This document shows, piece by piece, positions 13,760-27,549 of a stretch of DNA of 64,000 nt. Source of the DNA: Octopus sinensis (Eukaryota). The stretch covers positions 310,001 through 374,000 of the forward strand of contig NC_042997.1 in the NCBI RefSeq assembly GCF_006345805.1. The letters run 5' to 3'. Each line of letters opens with the position of its first letter. Positions within the stretch are counted from its first letter, which is position 1. Made by a program: the position numbers and the translations under genes. Under the pieces are notes generated by a model that saw nothing but the letters and a program-made list of their open reading frames with translations, was not told the DNA's origin and ran no database searches.

Positions 13760-15478
13760 GGTCATGTAAAATGAGAACAAATGGCAGAAATTGTTTGGTA
13801 GGTTGATATTTATTTTAAGAAAAAAACATCAATTCCATAATATTGTTTTCAATAAAACGAAAGGATGCTGAAAACATGTTGGATGTAATTTAGGAACAAC
13901 TTATAAAAAACGAAATGCTGTTAGAAGACTGTCCATTTGAATGCAATGACAACGCTGAAGTGATAGCTGGTTATAAAAGTGATGTTCAACACAAGATTGA
14001 GAAAAAATATATAGAAAAGCTATTTTTGTAAACTGCGATAAACATTCTCTGAATTTGTTCGTGCATGATAAGCATGATCTATTGATGATACGTGATGAAA
14101 CTTTTTTCAGTGCAAGTCAGTCACTTCATTCACTCACTCTCTTTTCAATTCTCCGTTGCCTAAAGCTGACAGATATTATACCAGTAGTTGGTAAATCTGA
14201 ATCTGACATTCGATGGAGTACCAAGAGAAACTGTGATGATAGTTCATGAAGAATTTCATGTTATAATAGATCTCTTACAACGTATAGTTGATGGTCAATA
14301 CCAAAATTGCAAGTCAGGAGAGGAATAAAAGTTTGACTTTTAATTCATCGGTTTCCCTAAAATTTTGGAAATAAAATAGTCATTCGAATTCACTCTGCTC
14401 AAAAGCAATTTCAAGGCCATATTATGAGGTTTCATCCTGCTGCCTTTCATTTAAAGGCACTTCAAACATTTATTTTTAAAACTACGAGAAACATTGTTGG
14501 AGAACAGAAAGTATGGAATAATTGGATATTCAGATAGAAGGAGGCCGCATTAAGAACCACGTGATTAGTGGAAATGCTAAGAATGTAGAGTTAAACTCGA
14601 AACAAAAGAGTAACACTAACCAAACAAATCATAACGAAATGGAAGGATTATCTGTCCGACTTCACAACTTACACTGGTAATTTTGTTTTTCTTTTGAATT
14701 GTTGAGAATTAACATTTAAGTCAAATTGAGACTAAAACTTCATAACGCTCATTTCTCACATACAAGTTTTCTCGCAATTAGACTGATTTATACCGCTGGG
14801 ATGAGTAAAGTTTTTGATGTTTATGAACAAATCTTAGGTTTTCTCGGCAATTTGCCGAACATTTAGGTTTGTGAGTCTGCAGAACTTCTAAAGTTTTGTT
14901 TTTTTGTTTTGTTTGAGAGGAAATGATTTTCCCGAATTTCTGACTAGCTATTTAGACAGAACTCAGTCTTCTGAGTTCAGATGCTTCTCAAGAGCTTGGA
15001 ATTGATCTTCTTTGAGAGATTCAATAGGTCAAGAGTGAGTCTTGGATTAAGCTTTACGCTAAGCTACTGAGAACACGCGGTATTGAGATTTACCATGCTT
15101 TTGCATTGTTTAAAATTCGAAAGTTACATTTTAAAAATTAAAGTCAAATTTATAAAATTACTAAAAATAGGTGTAAAGAAGGCATTTCTTTAAAGTTTCT
15201 TATAATTTTAATTAGTTAATTTTAGTAAGCGCTTGCGTATTTTTATATCGTCTTGCTAATACAGTGACTAATTTTAATTTATGCGTAAATTATGTTCTGT
15301 ACATATGTTCTATATATTATTTTTCATTTTTCATAAAGTACAACTGTCTACGTAGTTTTGTGGAAATAATAAGTTTAAACACAATAGTAGGGTAGAATAT
15401 TGTAAAGAATACTGGATTTATGGCAGTCATTTATTGATTTACCTAGGGCGGCATGAACCCTAGTTATGACCCTACATC
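13760..15478 (+). mobile_element. hAT transposase remnant (Tip100-like) with probable right terminus
   Basis: KDAENMLDVI.EQLIKNEMLLEDC..CNDNAEVIAGYKSDVQ..AIFVNCDKHSLNL (13860-14060), KSESDIRWSTK (14190-14225), dimerisation-domain-like piece 14920-15060, terminus-like cctagggcggcatgaaccctagtta at 15442-15466. Confidence 0.7.
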
Positions 15479-18084
15479 AGTCTCTCCTATCATAGCTGTA
15501 ATCTAACAGTGCCAACCAAGTGTGATTTATTACTTGGATTACTAAAGTTTATGTATTAACTGTATACATGTTGTTTGCATGTTTATCACTGGGAATAAAG
15601 AAAAAATGTCGACTAACGAACAGGCAGAAAAATTGAAGAGAGTCCCACGTTGTGCGGAAGAGCTTATGAAGAAATCTTTACTTAAGGAAGCAAAACGGCT
15701 TCACCAAATTCAACTGACTGTCTGCCTTCTTTATATGAAGGTGTTTGACTATGTCAGCTCAGACATAACAGATTCACTTGTGAAGCTTCTAAATACTATT
15801 CTCGATACTATTGTCGATGTCTGTTTTTGTTGTTAAGAGACTGATAAAAACTTGATTTGCAGGATTAATGTTAACATAACGTACTTCTGTAGTCACTGAC
15901 AAAATCTTGTTATTGATCGGAGTATTTCAAATGACACTCTGTTTGCAATGTGTTTCGTCTTAGCATTGAACCTCTTCTTAGGCTTATTTAAGGAAACGCA
16001 AAACCTGCAAGCTTGATATGTAGAGAAGAAAAAAACAGGATAGGAATGGATTTTGAGTTTGGTGAGGATATGTTCATTTTTGGTAGCCAAACGAGGGAAA
16101 ATTGTCGACCATTCAGTGAATATGGATGCCAATGATCGTCTACCTTCCCTATCTTCCCCAATAATGAATGCTACAAGTATCCCAGAATTGAGGAGAATTA
16201 TTAATACGTCGGAACTTTGAGTAAAGACCCAATGATGATGAATAATCCAACCGACTTTGGAAGGTACGAATGCAAGAGCTATCACCATTAATAACAGCAT
16301 GTGCCACAATATTTTCGCCTGTGTCTCTGTGTCTAGAAAAGCAGCAGCATTTGGGATATCAATTCGGAATAGTAAAAAATCCGTGGTTTGGACATCAAAA
16401 TGGAAAATCAACACTACGGGTAACCTCCGTACCATTAGTGAACGTACATGATATGTGATAAGCAAATAGATGCAGGTAGGAGCTTGATGTTAGTGAAGAT
16501 CCCCAGAGTATGTGACAATGTATTAATTAGGTGACATTTCATGAAGAGTAAAGAGAGAGATGTGTACAGTACGTGCATGCTCAAAGGAGGAAATAATATC
16601 ATGAGATTAGGTGAAGAACTGAAAATTTTCGCTGTGGATATACCTGTTGCATATGAGCCAAATGCAGACGGACTAGCCTACTTAAAAAGAAACTTCTCAT
16701 CACATCAGCAGAAAGATATGAATGGGTACATATCATGAAAATATAACTGTTATCCCACATTTCACGTTGTGAAAGAAAATGCCGTTCTATTTAAGTACGG
16801 AAGGTTTCACTCATATCATCATCAACTTTTCTAGAATATCCGCAAGATACTAGTGCCCATTAAACATGATATTTTCATTAAAACCATTTCAAATTTGATG
16901 TAGATGTATTGTCTTAACGGCCACACCGAAGGCACACCATGGTCTGAATGTATCAACACCATTAAAAATACAGAATGTTAGTGGAAGTCGCCGTCTCCTT
17001 CAAATGCAATAAATTAATCTAACGATGAAAATTGATAAATCATTCCTGGGATTCTTCCTTTGAGAATTGAAAATATGCACACAATAACATGTACATATAG
17101 CCTACAAACATGTGTAATAAATCACAAAGATATGTAATACACACACTCATCAATGAAAGGATTACCCAGTGATAGACCAACATGCAATAAATAATTCATA
17201 CTGTAAATAATTCATTTATTCACAACTCCAAGAGTTGCCTTTACTTAAGAAAATACAGTGTAACTTAGTTATCAGCTTGACTTCTGCAAAAGGAAAAATT
17301 TAAACGCCAAAGAAAAGAAATTGACTCACTCGTATACGTACTTACTATATAATCTACCAAAATATATTCCTAAATTTCACAAACATTAAGTTCTAATTGC
17401 TAAGTAAAACAACGTTTAACTTTACGATACCGGCTTCAGTGGTCATGTACCAATTAGATTCCCACCCTTAACATTAGCTGCTTTCTATGGCTATAATAGT
17501 AAAACAGAGGCCATTTCATTGATTATAAGGTGCAAATTTTAGCAATGTAAACGACTAACTTTTCCATTAACTGAAACAGAATTTCGCGCCGATAAAAGTT
17601 AGCGGCATTGTTAACATCGAAACACGCATTAACAGAAATTTATAGGACATACCTGTTATGATTAATGTGGTTTTATCTATCGCAAAATCTTTACTGCGTT
17701 GTACTTCTTAATCAGTAAAAGTTTTCAGTTGATAACATCGCAGATACTTAATAGTTTTAGTAATGATTATGTGTTTCGTTTGAGCATCATATTTCTGGCA
17801 GCCGCAAAAGGAGGCTGAAAATGTTCCTGTTTCCATCAAATTTACATACATAAGAAATTTTACAAGCTCTGCGGAGAGTAAGTGGTTGCACTGTTTCAAA
17901 ATGTTTGTGATAATCACTAAGTTATCGTGACACACGTTTATGTAAAGATATCCGCAGAGAAGATTATATCTATGTGTCTGTCTGTAGTACATGTGAGCAT
18001 AGGTATATGTAAACACAAATATATACATATACAAGCATATACATATGCATGCACATACGCATATGAGCAACATATATATATATA

Positions 18085-19034
18085 TCTTCTCCATATATAA
18101 AAGACAGGTTCTCTGTCTGTGTGTCTGTCAGGTTGTACCCTCACCCTGACCACGGCTTTCAACCGATTCTGATGAAACTTGACACCCACATGGCCCAATG
18201 TCATAATTCAAAAATTACGCAGAGTAAATCTTGAAAAGTTCCCCCAGTTCTGAAAAACATCGATAAATTCGACATGGGGTCGAGAATCTAAGCTTTTCAT
18301 ATGTAACACATTTTCTGTTGTAGTTTTCGCAACTTGCAATCGATTTTCTCCAAACTCATGGTGAAGCTTAATGTTACCCTAAGAAACTTAATTCTGCCGT
18401 TAGTTTTCCATGCAATACCTTACCATCAGAAAAAATCGATAAAATCATGCCATTTTGGGAAATCGCGTTCAAATTCAAGATGAAATATTTTCGACAATAT
18501 CTTTAACAAATTGGCAGGATTGTTTTTATTGTTTTAATTCACCGCGAACATCATGTCTGCTCCAAGGAGCTATATGGCCCTTTTTATTCCAATAGGATAC
18601 TTTATTACTGGAAAAATCGGTTAATTAAATCATATGTGGGACCGATTTGTGTATTAAACACAAACCACAGACTGTCTAGGGGACGCAACTTGACCTTCTT
18701 TAACTCTCTTACTCCCCCAAATAACTATCAAACAGCTGTCGATAATTCAACCCACAGGAGGAAATCTAGACTCAATCTTCAAGGTATCCCACATACAAAG
18801 CAAAGATTACATCGAAACCTCCAGACTAACCAAAGTTTTGGTGAACCAATTCCTACCAGGAAGAAATTGCATTCGAGACTTTACCCCCAACACCGCCACT
18901 TCAAGCAGTCAACGAGACAAAACATGACCAGACAACATAACCTTGGCATACTTCAGCTAATCGCTGCTGCAGCCGCAAGTCGTTGCCTACTAGGGGCTCT
19001 TACATGCCCGTGCAACGCCGGGCTATGCTGCTAG
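18085..19034 (+). mobile_element. Non-autonomous Helitron (950 bp)
   Basis: 5' A|TCTTCTCCATATATAAAAG, 3' hairpin GCCCG-tgcaacgc-CGGGC (19006-19023), then CTAG|T; inserted in an AT dinucleotide with no TSD. Confidence 0.8.
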
Positions 19035-19065
19035 TATATATATATATATATGTATGTATATATTT

Positions 19066-19152
<87 letters not shown>

Positions 19153-19414
19153 ATACATGAGGCATCCATTCATATATTATTTCCTTTACGTTGTTTTCGT
19201 TACTATACAAAAACAATAACATGGTAATCTATATAATTCTCATTAGAAGTAAAGATACAATGATCTCAACTCATACAGCATCACCGATCAATTTTGATAA
19301 ATTAACACAGTGGGTCATTAAGTGTAGACGAATTAACATTAAACATCAATAATACATATACACACACATGCATACATACCCTTATATATACATATATACA
19401 TATATGTATATATA

Positions 19415-20975
19415 CTCCCCCTCTCTGAAGCGGAGCGCTTGTCAGTAAGAGTCTGCGCTTCATCCCTCTCATTTCTTCCAGTAACGAGTTTCAGCTCCGT
19501 GCTGATATCCAACACTTTGTGCGCCACGTCAGGCTACATGGACTCTTTTATAACACTCCACATGCATCTAATGAAGAAGACAGTTTCACCGACCTGGGCC
19601 ACCGATCATCCTCTCACTATTATCCACTTTTCCTTTGTCCGGGCACAATCTGTGGACCATGCCGCTGCTCTTTATCCTCGTAGTCTCCCGTTTTTCCCTC
19701 ACATACCACCCTTCCACGGAACCTCTCCAACTCACCATTCTACGAGCCTTCTGGCGACTCCAGTTCCACACTTCCACCTCGCACATCTTCCCTTCCATCC
19801 TTCAAACGAGCCTATAACATGCGTGACCCATAACCTACATGATTTCCTGCTGTATAGTTCCTTCCTTACCCTTGCTTCCCAGCCTAGCTCCTTGCCCTGC
19901 TCTCACCCACGCTATCGCATCTGCCCCTAACTCTCCAACACCACCATCCTCACTGGCACTATCTCTATCACGTCAACAACTCATTTACCTGCACATCTAA
20001 TAATGCTATTTACTGCATCGCCTTTTCTCTCTGCCATTCTCTGTACATAGGTTAAACAGGACGCCGCTTGGCTGATCAGTTCTCGGAACACTTCCGAGAC
20101 ATCAGACACGGCAATGGCAACTCGGTCTCGCACCATTTTTGTCTACCGGTCATTCGCTACAAGATATGCCTGTGTTCGGACTGTCTCTGCACATGGGCCA
20201 CCCGATCTCCCTCCTTCGCCTTGAACAAGAAATAATCTCTCTTCGTTCCTTTGCGCCATATGAGCTCAACTCATTATCTCTCTTCATCTGACATCAACCC
20301 CGCACGGTTTCCTAAACACCTCCTATATTCAACTTCCTGCTCCAACGACACACCTGCATACCGCCTACATCGGTACTCTCACCACACACACACAGACACA
20401 CACACACACCACTATAGAGACACCCATACACTCTGTTCAACTCATTACTCACTTCAAACACCATTATCCACACACCCACACACATCTTCAATAACGTCAC
20501 CACACATACCATTATACGAGCAGCCACACTCACGGTTTAACACGACACACCATCATGCACACTCCCACGCCCACACAAGCATATAATAGCTGAACATAGG
20601 CAGTTTATACACACGCATCATGCATAACAAGGGCAACACGCATAGACTAAGAAAGCATTCGCCCACAAACTTACACTATACCCATGCTCACTATTTGGTC
20701 ACAGACACACACATACACATTTGCCCACGTCGCCTGAATAAGCACGCATCAACTGCTACACACAACACACACACACGCACATACACACGTTATCACCACA
20801 CACATAGACACGTCAATACGCATATTCACTCATATACACACGTCCATACGCACTCACGCACACATTCGCCCACACATACGTACTCATTCTCCCGCATTCA
20901 CCACGCACACACTCATACACACACACGCTTACGGTCCTTAGTTCGTTGGTTTCACCGTTACTGTTATTATTATTA

Positions 20976-21030
<55 letters not shown>

Positions 21031-21330
21031 AATTATTATTATTATTATTATTATTATTATAATTATTATTATTATTATTATTATTATTAATTTCCTTTCA
21101 TTCAGCGTCTTTTTCCAATCATCTTGTCATGTTGGACCGTTCAACTCTGCACAATTTTTCTATCTCTGTGTTTTTCATTCTTTTTCCAATTTTTTCCTGT
21201 TAATCTTTTCTGTCGAAGAACGTAAACTCGAAACGTTAAATACTTTTTCATTTTTCCTGAGCGTTAACCTAATATACCGGCTGTTGCTCCAACACCTGTC
21301 TTCGTCTTTTGTCTTTTTAAGATTTGAAAT
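19415..21330 (+). mobile_element. Internally deleted Penelope-like element (N-terminus, linker, GIY-YIG, 3' terminus)
   Basis: SKSLRFIP..NEFQLRADIQHFVR (19445-19540); LTYHP..LQ..TSTSHIFPS linker; FTCTSNNAIYCI..C..LYIG*TGRRLADQFSEH GIY-YIG (19975-20100); terminal motif shared with 1474 and 38900. Confidence 0.8.
20965..21090. repeat. (TTA)n microsatellite
   Basis: Directly visible. Confidence 0.95.
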
Positions 21331-21359
21331 ATATATATATAGTGACATAAACGTAATTG

Positions 21360-21770
21360 TGCACGCTAGGAAAAGGCTGCTGAATATATTGGTTAGCATA
21401 ACGAGGAGTTCTCGTCAGTTCTTTATTGGTTCATACGGAGATGACGCTTTAACTGCTTATAGAGGAGCAAAGTGGCATATTCTAAAACGTCATAATTAGA
21501 ATTGAGACCAACCTTACCATTGTTAACGTCTTAGACATTGTGTTGGACCTTGCCGCCAGTTCAACAGGCTTACTGCAAACCAAACGAAAGTCCGTTGTAC
21601 ATTAACACAGCCTCCTGCTTCCAAATCTCGTGTTCAAGAACCTAATGAAGGCTGTAAAACCTATACTCCGGTAAGGACGTATTTGATGCCGCAGCACTCT
21701 ATTGCACCGAAGCTTTAGTATTTATCGGGCTTAAGGTCCGCATCTTCTATATGCCGGGTTAAAAAACCCA
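21360..21770 (+). mobile_element. Penelope-like RT fragment (second family)
   Basis: IGSYGDDAL (YRDD-like) and YCKPNESPLYINT thumb motif. Confidence 0.6.
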
Positions 21771-23390
21771 CAAAAGGAAGCATCAATGTAAACTCGTTTG
21801 TTTTGCCCCACCCTTATCATTCAACGTCAAGGCCTGCGTGGAAAGAATATTTTCTTTTGATTAGTGGACAAGCATTTTACACAGTCACATAGATACGATG
21901 TGACTGGGTGATTATCCTGACGTAATATCTCTTACGGGTTTTGTGTTGTATCGAAGGCAATAAATAAGGGAACGGCTAGGGAAAACATGAGATGCCTTTG
22001 ATTGACGTGACATCGTAGCCAGCCGTATCCATGCCAGTGAATGTTTTATACACTGTTTCTTATAGTGGAGTCGACGAATCCTCGTCGGAACATGAAACTA
22101 GCTTCGAGTACACGTCACTGAAAAAGGCCAAAAAAAGACCTAACTTAAATGTGATGCATAATATGTACGTCTATGTACCTATATTAAAGCCTGCACGGTA
22201 TCCTCACAATTTTATTGTAATTATTTAATTTATTTCATACATTCTAGAAAATGTTGCAAACAATAATATAGCAGTAATCTTTTTAATGGACCAACTTACA
22301 TGAACTGTCCATGGTAGTCATGGTTGCTAGGAGAAAAAAGGGGATGGCAGTGAATAATCTATAATGAAATTCTTGTGGTAAACTGTGTCGAGTGATGTGC
22401 TTAATTATGCAGTCAGATTGCAGGTTTAATCGGGATGGCGAGTGTGGGAAGCGGAGATATATACTGAGAAGTTCAAATAACGTTAACCGGTCTCGTTCTT
22501 AAACACTTTATAGTAATGTTAGTGAAACTTTTGAAATACCGCTATAAATATATTATCATAATTTGTGAGAATCAGATTATTAAAGCCTTTTAAGCACCCC
22601 TACATTTTTGTTTTTAAGTTATATTTTCCCCAGATATCTTTCACCACGCTATTCTTGTTAACTTTTCAATAGGTATAGATTTTCAAGAGATTTAGTTATT
22701 CTAAGTGATTTTTCTTGTTTGTTAAATTCCTATGGCACGCATGTCTGCAGATGTGTTATAGTTTTGATTTTTATTTCCTTCACTGTTTATTTTGCTGCCA
22801 TTTTTTTTATGACAGCACACTTGTGTATGTGTATGTGTGTGTGAAAGTGTGTGTATGTGTATGTGTGTGTGTGAAAGTATGTGTATGTATACGTGTTTAT
22901 GTGCGTGTAATTGATTTTAGTGGATTTTAGTTTTATTGTATGGTTTATTCGTTTATTACTGAGGTGGTGGGTTTTGGTTACGGGATGTTAACCATTCATT
23001 CTGTCTATGGAATATGTGTGAAGTCAGTTCTGCATCCTGTGCTCGAACAACGGCTACAATCTTTGGGTTGAGTAGAAATAATTTTACCTCAGCATTTTCT
23101 TAATTTATCCACTACGTTTTGTACTGCTAGCTGATTGCGTTGGATGATTTCTGATTTACATTGAAATGTCACCCATGTTTTTTAATCCTTTCACCTACAA
23201 TGCGGGCCGCCTCTCCTACTTAGGATGTGGTGGTGTCTTTATACTGCCTTTCCATGTGTCTCGTGTTGTATATTACATATGTGCTTTTGCTGGTCTACTT
23301 TGAGTTGGGTGCTCACCGTCACGATGTTACCAGTTCAATGTTCTTCAATAGATAGTGATTAGATAGATCTGCTCCTACCCACCCCCACAA

Positions 23391-24921
23391 TACGCAAGGA
23401 GGTACCTAAAAATAAACGGAAACGTTCTCTATGGGGCAAGCCCGTTGTAGTTCAGCCTTCTACCGCTGGAAGCCACTTGATGCGACCCTCAGGCATCAAT
23501 CTGCCGACTAGGGTCCACTACTGCCGTCATGCTCCCACATGGTGCGCCTTTGTTTTGAAGTGCTTCTGCCCTGTTCGTTGATTTTTGCAATTGCTGAAAC
23601 GAAGGAACAGCGTGCGTCCGTGAAATTCTATTTTCTGCTGGGGTAACGGCGGACTAAACAGTTGTCATGCTTCACACAGATTACAAGGATGCTGTGATGA
23701 GGAAAAAACAAATTTGCGAATGGTTTCCACGCTTTAAGGAAAGTCACTTGTTGATTGAAGACCAATCTCGTTCGGGGCGACCGTGGACCTCTCGAACGAA
23801 TCAAAGCACCACAAAAATTCGTGAACTGAGCCCAAAAGACCGTCGCCAAATAATTCACGAACTTGTTGATATGTTAACAAATTTTGAGCGACAAAATTCG
23901 AATAAAAAGAGTTGCAGCAAAATTTGAGCCTCGCTTGCTCTCGGAAGATCAAAAGTAGTCCCGACGGAAAATGTGTTGCGAATTGAAAGAACAGTTGGAA
24001 GTTGATCCGAACCTTATTCGAAGGTTACCACTGGTATCGAAAACTGCTGCTACGGCTACCATCTGAAAACAAAGCATTTATCATATCAATGGAAGTATTC
24101 AACGTCATCACGCCCCCAAAAGTGCGTCAAGTGAAGTCCAATATCGAGACGATACTGATTTGCTTCATCAATGCGAAAGGAATTGTCCACACAAAATTTC
24201 TTTCTCCTGGTTTAACTGTTAACTAGACATTTTAGTTGGTAATTCTGAAGCGTTTGCGAGACGGAAACGCTCCGGCCAGTGGCAAAGTGAGGAGTGGTGG
24301 TTTCATCACGACAAAGTACCTTCGCACATCGTCTTGAGTATGAGACAGTTTTTGATCAAAAATGGTATGACCACATTTACCTATGTGAAAACCATTACCT
24401 ATGTGAAAACCGAGAGCAAGCGAGGCTCAAATTTTTCTGCAACTCTTTTTATTCGCATTTTGTCGCTCAAAATTTGTTAGCATATCAACAAGTTCGTGAA
24501 TTATTTGGCGACGGTCTTTTGGGCTCAGTTCACGAATTTTTGTGGTGCTTTCATTCGTTCGAGAGGTCCATGGTCGCCCTGAACGAGATTGGTCTTCAAT
24601 CAACAAGTGACCTTCCTTAAAGCGTGAAAACCATTCACCCGATCTTGCTCCCTGCAACTTTTTTTTTGTTCCCCCAAATAAAAGTATCCTTAAAGAAAAC
24701 GTTTTCCAGATGTCGAAGAGGTGAAGAATAAAACGATGGAAGCATTAAAAGGCATCATTTCGTAAGGGTTCTAGGATTTCTTCGAACAGTGGAAAACGCG
24801 TCTGGATTGATGCATTGCTTGAAATGGAGAATACTTTGAAGGCGATAAAAGTGTAAACATATGAAACTAAGTGAATAAAATAATATTGGAAAACTATGGT
24901 CTGTTTTGTGTACCTTCATCC
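23391..24921 (+). mobile_element. Mariner element, decayed, with internal inverted duplication
   Basis: EQRASVKF..MLHTDYKDAVMRKKQICEWF..DQSRSGRP, PKVRQVKSNIETILICF, DLAPCNFFLFP, GEYFEGD; weak TIR similarity at both ends. Confidence 0.85.
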
Positions 24922-25039
24922 TTCTTCCAATTTTCTTTTCCTTGTATTTAGCTGTTAATCTCACTCGTGGTTCTGGTGTGTAATACTCTCTTGGGAAATA
25001 TGTGCTCGTTTCTTCAGGTTGCGGCAATTTTCTTCTTAA

Positions 25040-25410
25040 TCGGAAACATTTTTAATCTCTTATTCGAGACCTTAATGCGTATGATTGCGACATATTTGCA
25101 CATACAGCTGAAGATACCCAAAGGCATTTGGAATCGGTATAAGCCTGGAAAAGACTTGTAATGATCCACCCTGCGCCAGGAAAAAATACTGAAAGTGATA
25201 GACAAGCTTGTTTACCGAGACAACGCACTCGGTCATTATGGCTCGCTGAATAATGAAACTATCTTTAAGGCTTCAGAAGGCAATTGATTCTTTCAGGACT
25301 CTTGTGTCTTCTGTCTGGTCCCAACATGGCATCCCAAAGAAAACAGAAGTTGTTGTGTACGGCGCGAATGTGCTGATGCAGTTCCTTTACTCATGTGAAA
25401 ACAAGGACCC
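25040..25410 (+). mobile_element. RTE (BovB-like) LINE RT C-terminal fragment
   Basis: LKVIDKLVY.., SLNNETI..RLQKAIDSF..SVWSQHGIPKKTEVVVY..LYSCE. Confidence 0.7.
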
Positions 25411-25829
25411 TTTACAGGGAGGAGTGGGTATTTTTGAAGAAATACGCGTTTTGCATGTTGAGTTTAAGTTGACTACTCGATAACGCATCGTCAGTTTATT
25501 GAATTGTTGAATTTTCGTCTGAATTATCTGCACATACGCACACACACACACACACACACATACATAAACGTACGCACGCATACACACACATGCACTTTAT
25601 TAATAAAGCTGAAAAGACATTACAAAAACTGTTGCTCAAATTTTCACGTTTCCATTTGTCGGACAGTTTTGGTTGATATTCTCAACAAAAACTGACCGAC
25701 GATCAGGAACGCGAAATTCTGAGTATCAGCTTTGCGGCTTTATTAATAAAGCACATTACTGTACTTCAGGTATTCGAGTACTGTTTTTTCCACCTTGTTT
25801 CACATAACTTTTACAAGGAAACAGTTAAT

Positions 25830-25975
25830 ACTGATTTCTAATTCTGGCACAAGGCCAACAATTTCGGGTGACAGGATAATTCGATGACATCAACCTCTGT
25901 ACTCAACTGGTACTTATTTTAATCGACCACAGAAGGACGCAAGGCAACGTGGGGCTTGGAAACGATTAATATTGA
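25830..25975 (-). mobile_element. SINE fragment (12575/29610 family 3' part)
   Basis: Reverse complement contains gtcgattaaaataagtaccagttgagtacagaggttgatg..ggccttgtgccagaattagaaa. Confidence 0.6.
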
Positions 25976-26994
25976 TTTGGGAACAATGAATTGCACGCCT
26001 AAGGCGATGAAGCCGATACTTCGAAGTCACTCTCAAACTTTTCTTATAATGATGATTATATTTACATACACATACTGACAATGCAATTCCGCCATTAATT
26101 GAGAAAGGACATTCTTCATCATCGTCTTTTCTAACCCGCAGCTCTTCCTAACAGAAAACTTTAAAATAGTGATAGCGCTAAATGAACTTCGAGTATTGTT
26201 AATAAATACATAAGAAAGCCATAATGGGATTTCTGATCAGATTTCTCCACCACTTGCTGGCAGCCTTTACCCCTCTTTCAGATAAAATATAAAAATTGAC
26301 ACAATTGGCAGAGAAGAATGAATTTTAAGAAGTAGTCGTTTTACTGAGTTTGAGGTGAGAGCGAAAATATTTGAAGTAGAGTTGGGAATCGATATGTTTG
26401 TGTTATACGTAGGTGAAGGTTGTAAAGTAGAAGTGAGTTCAAATGTTAAGTGAAAAGTGTTCGTTTAAAAGATGAAGCACTTCAGTTCATCTCTCGTGAC
26501 TGAAATGACGCCGAAGTCATCGTAAATATGGCGATCATACTGTTTTCTGTTACGCCGGTGAATTAGGCAAAACATTTAATAATAAAATGTTGTTTACGGA
26601 TATGATAAAAACGAAAAAAAAAAAAGACAAGGACAGATGGAAAATATCGATAGCGAAATATTATGCTGCAAAATACTTAGTCACTGTTCTACATGTTGTG
26701 TTGATTCCATTTCCTAATATTTCATTATATATTGTAATCATCTTATCGTTGGAAACACATAACATTACTTCTTTTGTTGCCCAACTTTCGTATCAAACTT
26801 AAACACAAAGATAAAATTTAAAATGAAATAGTTTTCTATTTTAATTATTTGTATTTTCCTTTAAATACTGAAAAATTTAATATCCCAAGTTAAAGGAAAA
26901 TTACAAGGTAATATCTATTTCAATTCCTTGGTGTATATGATAAAAGAAACATGAAGAAAAAATAACAAAATATATCAGTTTGCTGCATATGCAT

Positions 26995-27135
<141 letters not shown>

Positions 27136-27515
27136 CTCTTTGCCTATCTGCCTGCCTGTCTATTGAAATACATATAGATGAGTGCGTACATGTACCTGTG
27201 AGTGTGTGTTTACAAACAGTCGCGGAGAGTGGGGGAGAGGGGGAGAAAGAGACAGGGAGAAAGGGATAAGAGATAGATAGATAAATAGATAAATAGATAG
27301 ATAAATAGATAGATAGATAGAGAGAGAGAGAGGGAGAGAGAGAGAAAGAGAGAGAGAGAGTGAGAGACCGGAGAAAAAGGAGCATATTCAAAACGTTGAA
27401 CGATCCGCATGTATGCGTGTATTTCACACACCAGGTTTATAATCATGCGAAAAAAATTCTTATAGAAATAGAAACTGAAAAATATAAAAAAGACGGGCAA
27501 ACATGCCATACGCTT

Positions 27516-27549
<34 letters not shown>

